Sequence record: PP301343.1 | Reading direction: 5' to 3' (one strand) | Source: Escherichia phage UE-M6 | Length of the DNA stretch: 64,000 nt | Shown here: positions 9,252 through 20,400 of the stretch, piece by piece | How the letters are laid out: every line of letters starts with the position of its first letter | How positions within the stretch are numbered: the stretch's first letter is position 1 | Notes under the pieces: model-generated | Database searches by the model: none | Seen by the model: only the letters and a program-made list of their open reading frames with translations | What the model was told of the DNA's origin: nothing | Program-made: the position numbers and the translations under genes

Positions 9252-11906
9252 ATGGGCTTATTCAGTGGGAAGACCAAAGTATACGTAGCATCCTCTGTCT
9301 ATAACATGGCAGGGGATATACATAAACGCCCTAACTATATGAAGACTGTAGTTATAGGTAATATTGTTTCCAATACAGGATTCACTATGGCAGATACTAT
9401 CTCTGATAGTTATCTGAATGGGCCAGGTATTCGTATGCGACTGTTCTCCAGCTGGAGTAAGAACCACTATGATTCAGTAGTTGGTATGGCTGGTTCTTCA
9501 TTGGGTGTATTGGCTAAGATTGACCCTACCGTTATAGAGGGTCAAATTACACCCCCTGCTGGTGAATCAGTCTATGTTCAGGCAGCAGAGATTGGCTTTG
9601 CTGACTTTGAGCAATGGTGTGACCAGTATCTTTATGAGAATGCTCCAAGTCGAATCATGGAACGATTCGACATAGATATTGATGAAGATACTAATGAAAT
9701 CACTATGACCTCCTTAGATGGGGGCTCTACTATTACATTCACACCTACTAACTTTGAACCAGGTGCTTTATATCTCTATGCTGATTACTCATTCTATAAG
9801 ACCCCTTCTACTAATCCTCCGGTAGTAGGACCGACTACTGTCTATGATGATGAGGATGACTTACCTTCCACTTTGTTATGGACTACCGTCTCAAGTGATA
9901 CGACGGCTAACACAACCAATCTTACTAAGACTATACATACTCATTCTGTTTACTCTGATGGCAGACCGGATGAAGACAGTACTGTCACAGAACCAAGTGT
10001 GGATAACTGGAACTCTTACGTTAAAGTTTATCGTAGAGGATTCACTGAGAAACCTGATGATGTGACTGTAGTTGTATCTGACAGGGTAATGACTCATACA
10101 AAATTTGGTGAGATTCAATCCAGTACTTCTGTAACTACTAATGTGGTTGATATAGGTGGAGGTGTTACTCGTACAGATACAATCACTACAACCACAGAGA
10201 CACTGGTTCGTAAGTACTCATCCCAGACTACCCGTACTGATACCGAGATGACTGCTGTTAGTACACCTAAAATGCTTATTTATAAGCAGAACTCCGGTAA
10301 CGTTGCACTGGATTCTTTGTTCGAGACTGAAGCTACTGATAACCGATTCTACCCATTCATTCCAATCAGAAATGATAAGCAATGGGTAGAGAATGACCCA
10401 ATCTACCCACACTGTAAGAAAGCCCTTTATAAAGCTACTGGTGGAAAAATTGATAAAGTAGTCACAGAGCTTAAGAAGAATGATGACATAGGTGATATTC
10501 AGTACATCTATGGTTCATTTGGTGTATCCCTTAATACCCCCGAGGATAGTGCTAAGGAATACATCTATCGTTTCTTTCAGATGGCTACTGAAGCATTCCC
10601 ACCTGACCCAACCTACCCAACACTGGAAGCAGTGATTGCAGGCTATCAGGCAGCAAATGATGCAGTTGACGCATATGTGGAATGGTGGAACAGGACTGAA
10701 GGGCATATTATTGGAACACCTCCACCACTGCCAGAATACCCAGTTATACCTAAGCGAGAGTTTAGGGTGCATAGTAATAAGCAGTACAAGTACGACATGA
10801 CTATTGGCTGGAACTATGTATCTGAAACTACCCATTCAGGTCAAGCATGGTCTGGTGCTAAGCAGGGGCAACTTCGAGCCAGGTATGCAGGAGATATAAC
10901 CCTTACTCGTAAGAACATAAGGACAGCTTCCAACTCCGGTTCTGCTAAGAAACTTGAGGTAACATACACATTCTATTCAATGCAGGAATACGAGTTGCTT
11001 TGGCAGGATGGTAATAATACCTATCGTAAACTTAGAGTACTGGGTCTAAATCACAACAACAGGGTATATAAAAATAAGTCAGTGCACATTGATGTTGCCG
11101 AAGCAATGGGTGATGCAGAGGAGAGTGGATTCATTATTCCACTGCACACCAATATCTACCGTTCAATGTCACTGGTTCGTAGCACTCAGTTATCCACTGC
11201 CTGCTCCTACTTAGTGATGAACTCATATAAGAAGGTTAAGCAGAAGTGGTATCAGACTGGGGCATTTAAAATTGTTGTTGTAGTGGTAGCTGTAGTTGTC
11301 TCTGTATTTACAGCAGGTGCTGGTGGTGCAGGTATACTTGGGGCATACGGTGCAGTCGGTGCATCACTTGGTTTTGTTGGATTAGCTGCTGTAATAGTTG
11401 GTGCTGTAGCAAACGCCATAGCTGCAATGATTCTGGTATCCATTATTACTAAAGTATCTACTTCACTGTTCGGTGATAAGCTAGGTTTTATCATTGCTGC
11501 TATTGCCTCAATGGTAGCCATGAACGTTGGTACTGCTTTGTCTACTGGTACATCCTTATCCTCTTTAGCTGGTGAAATGATGAATGCTCAAAACATCATG
11601 CAACTTACCAGTTCAGTGGGTAATGGCATTAGTCAGTATATTAATGCATCCACGGCTGCTACTATTCAGAAAGCAGAGAGTGTAATGCAGCAGTACAATA
11701 CTGATATGATGGCAATCAATAAGCAGTATGAAGAGATGTTCGGTACTGCTGGACAGGGTGTGATTGACCCCATGCAATTCGTGTCAATGGAGTCGTTGGA
11801 TTCATTCTTGTCACGTACTCTCATGACTGGTTCAGATATAGCTGACTTGTCTTTAGACATGGTTGGCAACTACTCTGATATGACTCTTAATACTGACCTT
11901 GTTTAA
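9252..11906 (+). CDS. Large virion protein with C-terminal glycine-zipper transmembrane region (N4 gp53-like position)
   Basis: 884-aa ORF; residues about 665-730 form a long Gly/Ala/Val-rich hydrophobic stretch. Confidence 0.55.
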   Translation: MGLFSGKTKVYVASSVYNMAGDIHKRPNYMKTVVIGNIVSNTGFTMADTISDSYLNGPGIRMRLFSSWSKNHYDSVVGMAGSSLGVLAKIDPTVIEGQITPPAGESVYVQAAEIGFADFEQWCDQYLYENAPSRIMERFDIDIDEDTNEITMTSLDGGSTITFTPTNFEPGALYLYADYSFYKTPSTNPPVVGPTTVYDDEDDLPSTLLWTTVSSDTTANTTNLTKTIHTHSVYSDGRPDEDSTVTEPSVDNWNSYVKVYRRGFTEKPDDVTVVVSDRVMTHTKFGEIQSSTSVTTNVVDIGGGVTRTDTITTTTETLVRKYSSQTTRTDTEMTAVSTPKMLIYKQNSGNVALDSLFETEATDNRFYPFIPIRNDKQWVENDPIYPHCKKALYKATGGKIDKVVTELKKNDDIGDIQYIYGSFGVSLNTPEDSAKEYIYRFFQMATEAFPPDPTYPTLEAVIAGYQAANDAVDAYVEWWNRTEGHIIGTPPPLPEYPVIPKREFRVHSNKQYKYDMTIGWNYVSETTHSGQAWSGAKQGQLRARYAGDITLTRKNIRTASNSGSAKKLEVTYTFYSMQEYELLWQDGNNTYRKLRVLGLNHNNRVYKNKSVHIDVAEAMGDAEESGFIIPLHTNIYRSMSLVRSTQLSTACSYLVMNSYKKVKQKWYQTGAFKIVVVVVAVVVSVFTAGAGGAGILGAYGAVGASLGFVGLAAVIVGAVANAIAAMILVSIITKVSTSLFGDKLGFIIAAIASMVAMNVGTALSTGTSLSSLAGEMMNAQNIMQLTSSVGNGISQYINASTAATIQKAESVMQQYNTDMMAINKQYEEMFGTAGQGVIDPMQFVSMESLDSFLSRTLMTGSDIADLSLDMVGNYSDMTLNTDLV

Positions 11907-11919
11907 CAGGAGAATCCCC

Positions 11920-12363
11920 ATGGATTTGTCATTCTTAACAGGCAACCCAACTCCACAGCCAGCTGCTATGTCTTGGATGTCTAATAACAATCAGAACTTT
12001 AATACCCCGGCTATGAACTATAACCCAGGTGCAACTATTGGTATGGGGGCAAATACAGGAGTAGCCTCCCCTACTTCTTTCCTGTCTGGTTCAGCTGATC
12101 AGTTGGGATTGAATGTACCTACCTTCCAATTAGGACTGGGTGCACTTGGTTCATTAGCTAATATCTACAGTGGTTTCCAGGCTAATAAGTTAGCCAAAGA
12201 CCAGTTGAACTTTACTAAGAGTGTTACTAACACTAACCTGAATAACCAGATTAAGTCTTATAACACTGCACTGGAAGATCGTGCTCGTAGTCGTGCTACA
12301 GCAGAGAACCGTGACCAGTCTACTGCTGATGCTTATATTGCAGCTAATAAATTAACCCGTTAA
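11920..12363 (+). CDS. Virion protein (N4 gp52-like position)
   Basis: ATG at 11920 preceded by an AGGAGA RBS; the listed ORF begins upstream at a TTG codon. Confidence 0.45.
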   Translation: MDLSFLTGNPTPQPAAMSWMSNNNQNFNTPAMNYNPGATIGMGANTGVASPTSFLSGSADQLGLNVPTFQLGLGALGSLANIYSGFQANKLAKDQLNFTKSVTNTNLNNQIKSYNTALEDRARSRATAENRDQSTADAYIAANKLTR

Positions 12364-12375
12364 TAGGAAACCATC

Positions 12376-14340
12376 ATGGCTCAAATTACATGGCGTAATG
12401 TTGATGCACCTAACTTCTCTGGAGTAGGTGACAGCATTCGCACATTTGGCAACATGATTGGTAACGCCACCTCTGGCTTAAGTGATGCACTGGGTAATTT
12501 CCAGAACGCTGCCAAGCAGGAGGCTGGCAATGCCGTCATGATGAATGCTATGCAGTATCAAGATCCTACTGAGTACCGTAATGCTTTGGCATCAGGTGCA
12601 CTGTTTCAGGGGGTTGACCCTTCATTGGTAAACCAGCGTACTCTCCAGAATCTGGATGAGCGAGCAGGTACACTGCTGACTCAACAAGGACAGCAGGGAA
12701 CCAATGACTACATTGCATATCGCTTTGGTCGCTTAAAGGATATTAACTCAGCACTAGATAATGCTTCTCCGGCTATTCGTTTATTGTCTGAGGCTTATCA
12801 GTCTGGTGACCAGAATCGTATTAATACTGCATTGGGTCAGACTCGTGAGGCATTATCTACGCTCCCAGCTGACCAACAGTTAGAATTGTTAGGTAGTTTA
12901 CAAGGACAGGGTAGTGCTGCTATTAATCAGGCGAGCAATCGTTTTGATTTGGGTGTTGCTCAACGTAATGATGCCGATAGTCAGGCAGCTATGGGTGTAA
13001 TGGCACAGATTACCCGTGGTGCTGAGAACCCTAATGATGCCCGTCTGTTGGCAGAAGCATACAGTAAGAACCTGTCTCCAGTTGCACAGGCACGCTTGCA
13101 GGGATTACTGGCTAATGCTTACCCGGGTGTTTACGGTAATGGTGTAGGTGCTACGTCTGCTCCTGGTACTGCTGGTACTCGTCAGGGTTCACCTTACGAT
13201 GTTACTTATCAGTTTGCTGGTACATCTACTCCTATTACTCAAATGAGTATTGGTGATGTAATTAAACACCAGGATGGTATGAAATCGAACCAGGGTGCTT
13301 CCCCTGTTGGTGCATTCCAGATTAACCAAGCTACCTTGAAAGACTTTGCCCCCAAAGTTCTTGGTTCAGATTGGCAGAACCAACCTCTTTCCCCTGAGAA
13401 CCAGGAGAAGATTGGTAAGGCTATTTTTGAGGCTCGTAAGAATGGTAACCTTAAAGATACCTGGGCTGCTCTTCCTAACTCTACCCCAGGTGCTTATAAG
13501 GATATGACTTGGGAACAGATTAAACCTGTTATTGCCCAAGCTGAAGTAGGGGCTGACCCATTCGCTCTGATTCAGAATAATCAAGGAAATCAGGCAGTAT
13601 CCACTCTGGCTCAGGGTATGATTGGTACTCGTTCTATGCAGGATAATACCGGTAGTCTTAATACTGACTTCCTTGGTACTGTCACTGATAATACTCCAGT
13701 AGGTGAAATTGCTAACCGTCTATTAGATGGTGACTTTAAAGGTGCTGACCGTAACTGGGTACTGAACCGACTAACTGATATTTCTCAACGTGGAAATATG
13801 TCACCAGCTATGGCTGCTGCTGTTATGCAGCGTGCACAGACTGGTGTACCGGAAGGTTACATTAGCCGTGCTATTGATGCAGTTAACCCATTCATTACCA
13901 ACGAAGCCGGTAATGGTATGCGTCTTAATGACCGTTTGGTAGATCAGTTAATTGAGGGTGTACAACGTGGTGAACCACTGGAAGGCAGTGTGCGTAATCT
14001 TGGACGTGCTCAAGCTATGCAGAACATTCAGGCAGCACAGACTGCTTATGATGCTGCTGTAGCTGCACTGACAAATACTCAGAACAAGATTAACACCGGA
14101 CAAACAGGACTTACTGCATTGTTACCTGCACGTCAGGAAGCTGTTACTAAAGCTGCTGCAATGCTTCAAGCTGCACAAGCCCAAGTGCAAGCAGACCCAG
14201 CTAACCTGGCTCCAAGAGGTTTTCGGTCACAGGTTAGTGTGGACAGAGCACGAGCCAAGGAAGATGAAGAACGTGCTGCACGTTACCTACGTCAGGCACA
14301 AGGTTTGCCTGAGTATATGCAACCAAGACAAAATCGGTAA
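12376..14340 (+). CDS. Internal virion protein (Q/A/N-rich), possible transglycosylase-like segment
   Basis: 654-aa ORF; segment SPVGAFQINQATLKDF resembles the SPVGA-GLMQI motif of lytic transglycosylases; followed by a strong terminator. Confidence 0.5.
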   Translation: MAQITWRNVDAPNFSGVGDSIRTFGNMIGNATSGLSDALGNFQNAAKQEAGNAVMMNAMQYQDPTEYRNALASGALFQGVDPSLVNQRTLQNLDERAGTLLTQQGQQGTNDYIAYRFGRLKDINSALDNASPAIRLLSEAYQSGDQNRINTALGQTREALSTLPADQQLELLGSLQGQGSAAINQASNRFDLGVAQRNDADSQAAMGVMAQITRGAENPNDARLLAEAYSKNLSPVAQARLQGLLANAYPGVYGNGVGATSAPGTAGTRQGSPYDVTYQFAGTSTPITQMSIGDVIKHQDGMKSNQGASPVGAFQINQATLKDFAPKVLGSDWQNQPLSPENQEKIGKAIFEARKNGNLKDTWAALPNSTPGAYKDMTWEQIKPVIAQAEVGADPFALIQNNQGNQAVSTLAQGMIGTRSMQDNTGSLNTDFLGTVTDNTPVGEIANRLLDGDFKGADRNWVLNRLTDISQRGNMSPAMAAAVMQRAQTGVPEGYISRAIDAVNPFITNEAGNGMRLNDRLVDQLIEGVQRGEPLEGSVRNLGRAQAMQNIQAAQTAYDAAVAALTNTQNKINTGQTGLTALLPARQEAVTKAAAMLQAAQAQVQADPANLAPRGFRSQVSVDRARAKEDEERAARYLRQAQGLPEYMQPRQNR

Positions 14341-14346
14341 TACTAA

Positions 14347-14370
14347 TAAAAGCCCTTCGGGGCTTTTTTC
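14347..14370 (+). terminator. Rho-independent terminator
   Basis: agccc-ttcg-gggct hairpin followed by a T6 run. Confidence 0.6.
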
Positions 14371-14416
14371 TTACACTGGCTTACTGTAGAGTAAGCTTTC
14401 CATATACGATATAAGT

Positions 14417-17400
14417 TTGAACAGGAAACATGCTATGTCAACATTTGACCGTCTGGCAGGTTTCGCAGACAGCATCACTAATGCTAAGCAAGTCGATGTC
14501 TCTACTGCAACCTCTCAGAAGCAAGCTGCACAAGGGCAAAGCCCTTTCCAATTAACCCCAGAGAATGCTTACAATCTCCAAACTGGTCGTGTAGGTAATC
14601 TTGGAATCGGTGCATTCGAACCAGGTTCACTTCAGGCAGATTTCACTCAAGCCTCCCCATTAGAAATTCTTAATAAATACGGTAATGAGCAAGGTCTACA
14701 GATTCTTAATAGCCGAGCTAATGCTGCTGATGCTGTACGTCAGGACTTATCTAAACAACGTACTAACGCAGAAGCATTTGGTGATACTCTTTCTGGTGTT
14801 GGTCTTGGTGTTGCTAATACCCTTGTGGGCATTGCTGCTCTTGGCACAGGTCTGGTCAATGATAATGCCGGGGCATCCATTGCTTCCGGTATGGATTGGC
14901 TGAATGAAGGGGTACACAATCTACAGTCTGATGCTCTGAATGCTACCCGTAAGGTTGTTCAGAATCAGAACCAGATTTCTGCACAAAAGAACCAGAGACT
15001 CTACGAAGAAGATATTAAAAATGGTGAGAACGATTTAGTTGCCTCCCTGTCTCGTATTGGTCGTGATGCTTTTGATTCTGTTGCTAATACACTTAATAAT
15101 GGTATGGCTGCTACTGATGGGCTGAGTGAAGGTGTTGGTTCTCTCTTTACCGGTGGTCCATTAATTCGTGGTGTATCTGCACTCGGTAAAGTAATGGTAG
15201 GTGGTGATAAAGCTGTTAAGGGTATTACCTTAGCTGCTGAGTTAGGTTCACGTCCTGCACAGGTTGCATTGTCTGCTGGTCGTGTTGCTGCACCTGCTAT
15301 TGCAATTGGTGGTATGGAAGCTGGTGGTGCATACCAACAGACTGCTTCCGAAATCATGAAGATGTCCCATCAAGAATTGGCAAGTAAGTCTCCTGTTTAT
15401 CAACAGCATATCGCTGATGGTTTATCTCCTGATGAAGCACGTCGCCAAACTGCATCTGAAACGGGTATCATTGCTGCTGGCTTAACTGCTCCGGTTGCTG
15501 CTGCTACTGGTCCTCTGGTATCCAAATTTGAACTTAACCCACTTAAGGTAGGTTCGCTGGCTGGTGCTGGTTCTAACATGCTACGTGAAACAGTAGAAGA
15601 AGGTATTCAGTCTGGTACAAGTCAGTTTGCACAGAACAAGGCAATTCAGGGTAATGTAGATGCTAAGCGTGATTTGCTTAAAGGTGTCGGTGAGCAAGCA
15701 GGTCTTGGTGCACTCTACGGCTTCGGTAGTGCTGGTGTTGCTCAGGCTCCAGGTACAACTGTTAAAGCTGTTGGTGCTTCTGCTGGGCCTGCTTTACGTA
15801 CTACTCTGGCTGGTGCTTCTCTGGTTGGTAGTGCATTAGCAAAAGCTGCCTCTCCTATTACTAACATCCTGGTTCAGCGTGGCGAAGAAGTTGCTAAGCG
15901 TAATGAACAAGCTTCCCCTGTATCTGATGCTACGGTTAATGCTGCTGCACAAGAAGCTACTGCTCAAGCAGAACAAGCACAAGCAACTGTACAAGAAGCA
16001 GTAGATGCAATGGATATTTCTCCTGAAGAGAAAGCTGCTGCTACTCAGTATGCTGCTGACTTAACTCAGGCAATGAAATTTGACCCAGTAGAACTGGAAC
16101 AAGCTAACCCAGCAATCCGTGAAGCTGTTTCTGGTTCCACTAACCGTGTTGAAGCTATTCAGAAGATGGCTGACCTGGTTAATACTGCCGAAGACCCTAA
16201 CGTTCAAATGGAAGCTGCAATCCAGATGTATGACAACATCATGTCTATGGATAGCTTCATTAACCGTGATCCTGGTGCTTTAGCTAATCTGGAACAGGGT
16301 TCTCCTGCTGCTAATATTGTTGACCAGTTCTCCGGCCTGATGGCTAACGTTCAGAATACACCAAAGGTACTTCGTGCATTCCGTGCCATCCATTCTATGA
16401 TTCAGGAACAGGCTGAAGCAGGTAAACTGAAAGCTACCGAAGAAGCTAACCAAGCCCAAGCAAACAACATTGCTATGGCTGCTGATATGTCTCCAGAAGT
16501 ACTGGATGCAGACTCAGTGAACATGGTTCTGAAACATGCAAGTGAAGGTAAGATTACACTGGGGAATCGTCAGCGTGCTGCCCTGCAATCTGCTGCTGCT
16601 CTATTGCAAGGAGCACGAGAATTTGACGCTAAAGCAGAAGAACTAGGCTTACGTCCTCAAGACATTGTTAGTAAACAGATTAAAACCGACGAGTCTCGTT
16701 CTAATGAAGGTCAGTACTCTGCGTTGCAACATGCTAAACGCATTCGTTCTGCGTACAACTCTGGTAACTTCGATTTGGCTTCCGCTTACCTCGACGACTT
16801 TATGAAGTTCGCCCAGCACATGCAGAATAAGGTCGGAGCGTTGAATGAGCATCTGATTTCTGGGAATGCGGATAAGAATAAGTCTGTCCATTATCAGGCT
16901 CTTACTCCCTCCCGTGAATGGGTACGTAGTCGTACTGGTCTTGGTGTCAATCCGTATGATACCAAGTCGGTTAAGTTTGCCCAGCAAGTAGGACTGGAGG
17001 CCAAAACCGTAGCTGATATTGCTAACGCACTTGCTACGGCTTACCCGGAGCTTAATGTTTCTCATGTGAAGGTTACTCCATTAGATTCACGTCTGGACAA
17101 GCCTGCTGCCCAGGTAGTTAAAGAGTTCCGTCAAGGTGGTCTTGATGCCACTCAGTCTCAACAGACCAATGAACCAGTGAATCAGGTTGATGAAACTCCT
17201 GCACCAGCGCAAGAGACTACTACTACTGTACAGCCTAAAGCTAAACCAGTGGTAGAAAATAAGACTGTTCCTGTTAAAGAGGCTAGTTCAAAAGCAGAAG
17301 AAGTCTCTACTACTAAGTCTGAAACAGTAGATGCTACCCTCACCAATGAGGATACCACTCAAAAAGTAGCTGAAACTAAAACGGAAATGGAAACAGTTTT

Positions 17401-20400
17401 CCCTGTCTATAACAATGACAAGACACCGAACCAGTTCCTGAAATCATTTACCCTGCCGGAAGAACCTAAGTCTCGCACCATTGGTTCTGAATCCCCTTTG
17501 ACTGATATTAAGCAAGCACTGTCTTCTACTGCACGCTTTGAAGCATTCACTCAAAAAGAAAATAACGCTCTCACAAGTGATGTGATTAAGCGTTATCAGG
17601 ACTTAATGGGCTTTGGTGAAACTCTGAAGACTACCCTGTCTGATCGTCTGGCTAAGTTTCTTGCTAATAAGAACGTTGGTAAACGCTTTGCAGAAGGCAC
17701 AGAGGCTAACCGTTGGGTAGGTGGTAAGTTACTTAATATCGTAGAGAAAGACGGAGACACCTTTAAGTTCAATGACCAGTTGTTAGAGACTGCTGTACTT
17801 GCTGGTCTGCAATGGCGACTGACTGCTACACAGAATGCTGCTGTTAAAGACATGAAAGATGTAGCTGCTATTACTGGAGTAGAAGCATCCTTGTTACCTG
17901 AAGGTATCCTGGCTGAATTTGAGAATGCTCAGACTCTGGTTGAAGCTACTAACTCACTGGCTCAAAAGATTGAATCTTACTGGGGATTGAATCGTAATCC
18001 TAATGCACCACTGGGTTATACCAAAGGTATTCCAATGGCAATGGCTACAGAGATTCTGTCTTCTCTCATTGAGATGGGTGAAGTTAAAGAGTCTATGCTT
18101 GATGTGTCTGAGATTGACCCAGACTCTAATAAGACCGTCGGTCTGTATACCATTGAGAAGCTGGATGATAACGATGCCATTAACAAGTTCCCTACTGCTA
18201 TCGAGGAAGCTGTTCTCGTAGAACCAGAAGAGAAAATGTACTTTGGTGATGATATTCCTTCCGTGGCTCAAACTCAGTTACGTAACCCTGCTGTTAAGAA
18301 TACCCCAGAGCAGAAAGCTGCTCTTAAAGCAGAACAGGCTACCGAGTTCCGTGTACACATGCCGATGGTTAACTTCTATGAAGCATTAGGTCGTGACAAC
18401 ATTCTGGAACTGATGGGTGCTGGTACTCTTAATCCTGAACTGCTGAACGTGAACACTGCTAAGTCACTGGAGGGTAAAAACCTGTCAGTGTCTATGGCAT
18501 ATGATTCCCTGTTCGGTGTAATCAACCAGTTACAGGAACAGGAGAATGGTCTGGATACGCCTATTCACTATGGTTACAACATGACCCGTGTAGGTCGTAT
18601 GCAGATGTTAGGTAAGAACAACCCACAGTCCAGCAAGCTGGTTCGTGAAGCAATTCTGCCAACCTTCTCTACTATCGACTTAAGTAATGAAAACAGTCAG
18701 ACGTTCTCTGATTTCCAGTTAGGTCTGTCTCAGGCATTAGGTATCAAGGTTCATAATATGTCCCGTGAAGCTATGTCTGAAAAACTGACCAAAGCTCTGG
18801 AAGGTAATTTGAAACCTGCTGTTGATATGATGGTTGAGTTTGATAAGTCCGGGCACTTACCAGCCGATGCAGTAGATATTCTTAAGACATCTCTGGGTGG
18901 TGATAAATCATTCGTAGCTCTTATGGCTCTTATGGAGTATGCCCGTTACCTGAACAGTGATGACCGTGCCAACTTTAATACCCCACTGTACGTTGAAGCC
19001 GATGGTGTAACCAACGGACCAATCAACGCAATGGTATTAATGACTGGTGGTAAGTTCACTTCAGACTGGATTAAGAATACTGCTAAAGGTGGTCTGTTCT
19101 TCGGTAAAGCTGGTAAGACTATGAATGAACATCGTTCACAGGATGACAGTGTTGACCTGTATGAAGCATCTACCAATGGTCTGCAACAAGCACTTAATGA
19201 GTTACGTACTACTTACCGTAACAACGTTCCGGTTATGAACCAAATGAATCATCTTCAGAAGTTAATGGACCTGTTTATTAAAGACTTTAACCTGAATGAA
19301 GACGGTACTCTGGACCTGAAACGTGGTATCGCTAAAAACCCACTGACCATTACCATCTATGGTTCAGGTGCTCGTGGTATTGCTGGCAAGATGGTTAGTG
19401 CAATTACTGACACCATCTATGAACGATTCAGTGATGTTCTGCAAGCTCGTGCTGCTGACCCTAGCATTTCCCCAGCTATGGCAATGTTTGGTAAGGAGGC
19501 TGCGTCTGAGGCTGATGCTCAGGCTATGCTGGATACTTTCCTTACATCTATGGAAGCACTGACTGGTAATGTTCCAGTTATGCGTAAAGGTGAATTGTCT
19601 ATTCAACAGGTAGAAGGTGCTCTGACTGGTAAGTTAGACCCTCAGAAGTTTACCGTATCGGGTAATGCCCTGAAGAACTTACAAGAGAACATGCTTCACC
19701 TGTTCGTTGAACCAATGCGTACTGGTATCCGGAATACTGTTGGGGAAGGTCTGATGCATTCTACTGAGAACTTGCAGAAGGCTACCCAGATTCAGTCTTT
19801 GGTTCTACAAGACATGTTCCAACAAGCAGTACAGGCTAAGCTGGCAGAAAAAGAAAAAGACCCAACCTGGAAGAAGGGTGATTTCTTAACACAGAAAGAA
19901 CTGAATGAAATTCAGGAATCATTGTCTCCACTGGCTCCAATGATTGAGACTGGTTCACAGACTTTCTATATTGCTGGTAGTGAGAATACTGATGTTGCTA
20001 ACCAGGTACTGGCTACCAACTTAGATGACCGTATGCGTGTGCCAATGAGCATCTATGCTCCTTCTCAGGCAGGCGTTGCAGGTATTCCATTTATGACCAT
20101 TGGCACTGGTGATGGCATGATGATGCAGACTCTTTCTACTATGAAAGGTGCTCCGAAGAATACCCTGAAAATCTTTGATGGTATGAACATTGGTATCAAC
20201 AACATCACTGATGCAAGTCGTAAAGCTAACGAGGCTGTATACACTTCCTGGCAGGGTAACCCTATCAAGAATGTTTATGAGTCTTTTACTAAGTTCATGA
20301 AGAACGTAGACTTCAGCAAACTATCGGATGAAACCAAACAGGCTATCGCTAAATCTGCTCTGGAATATGACCAGCGTGAAGGTGCTACCAATGACCTGTT

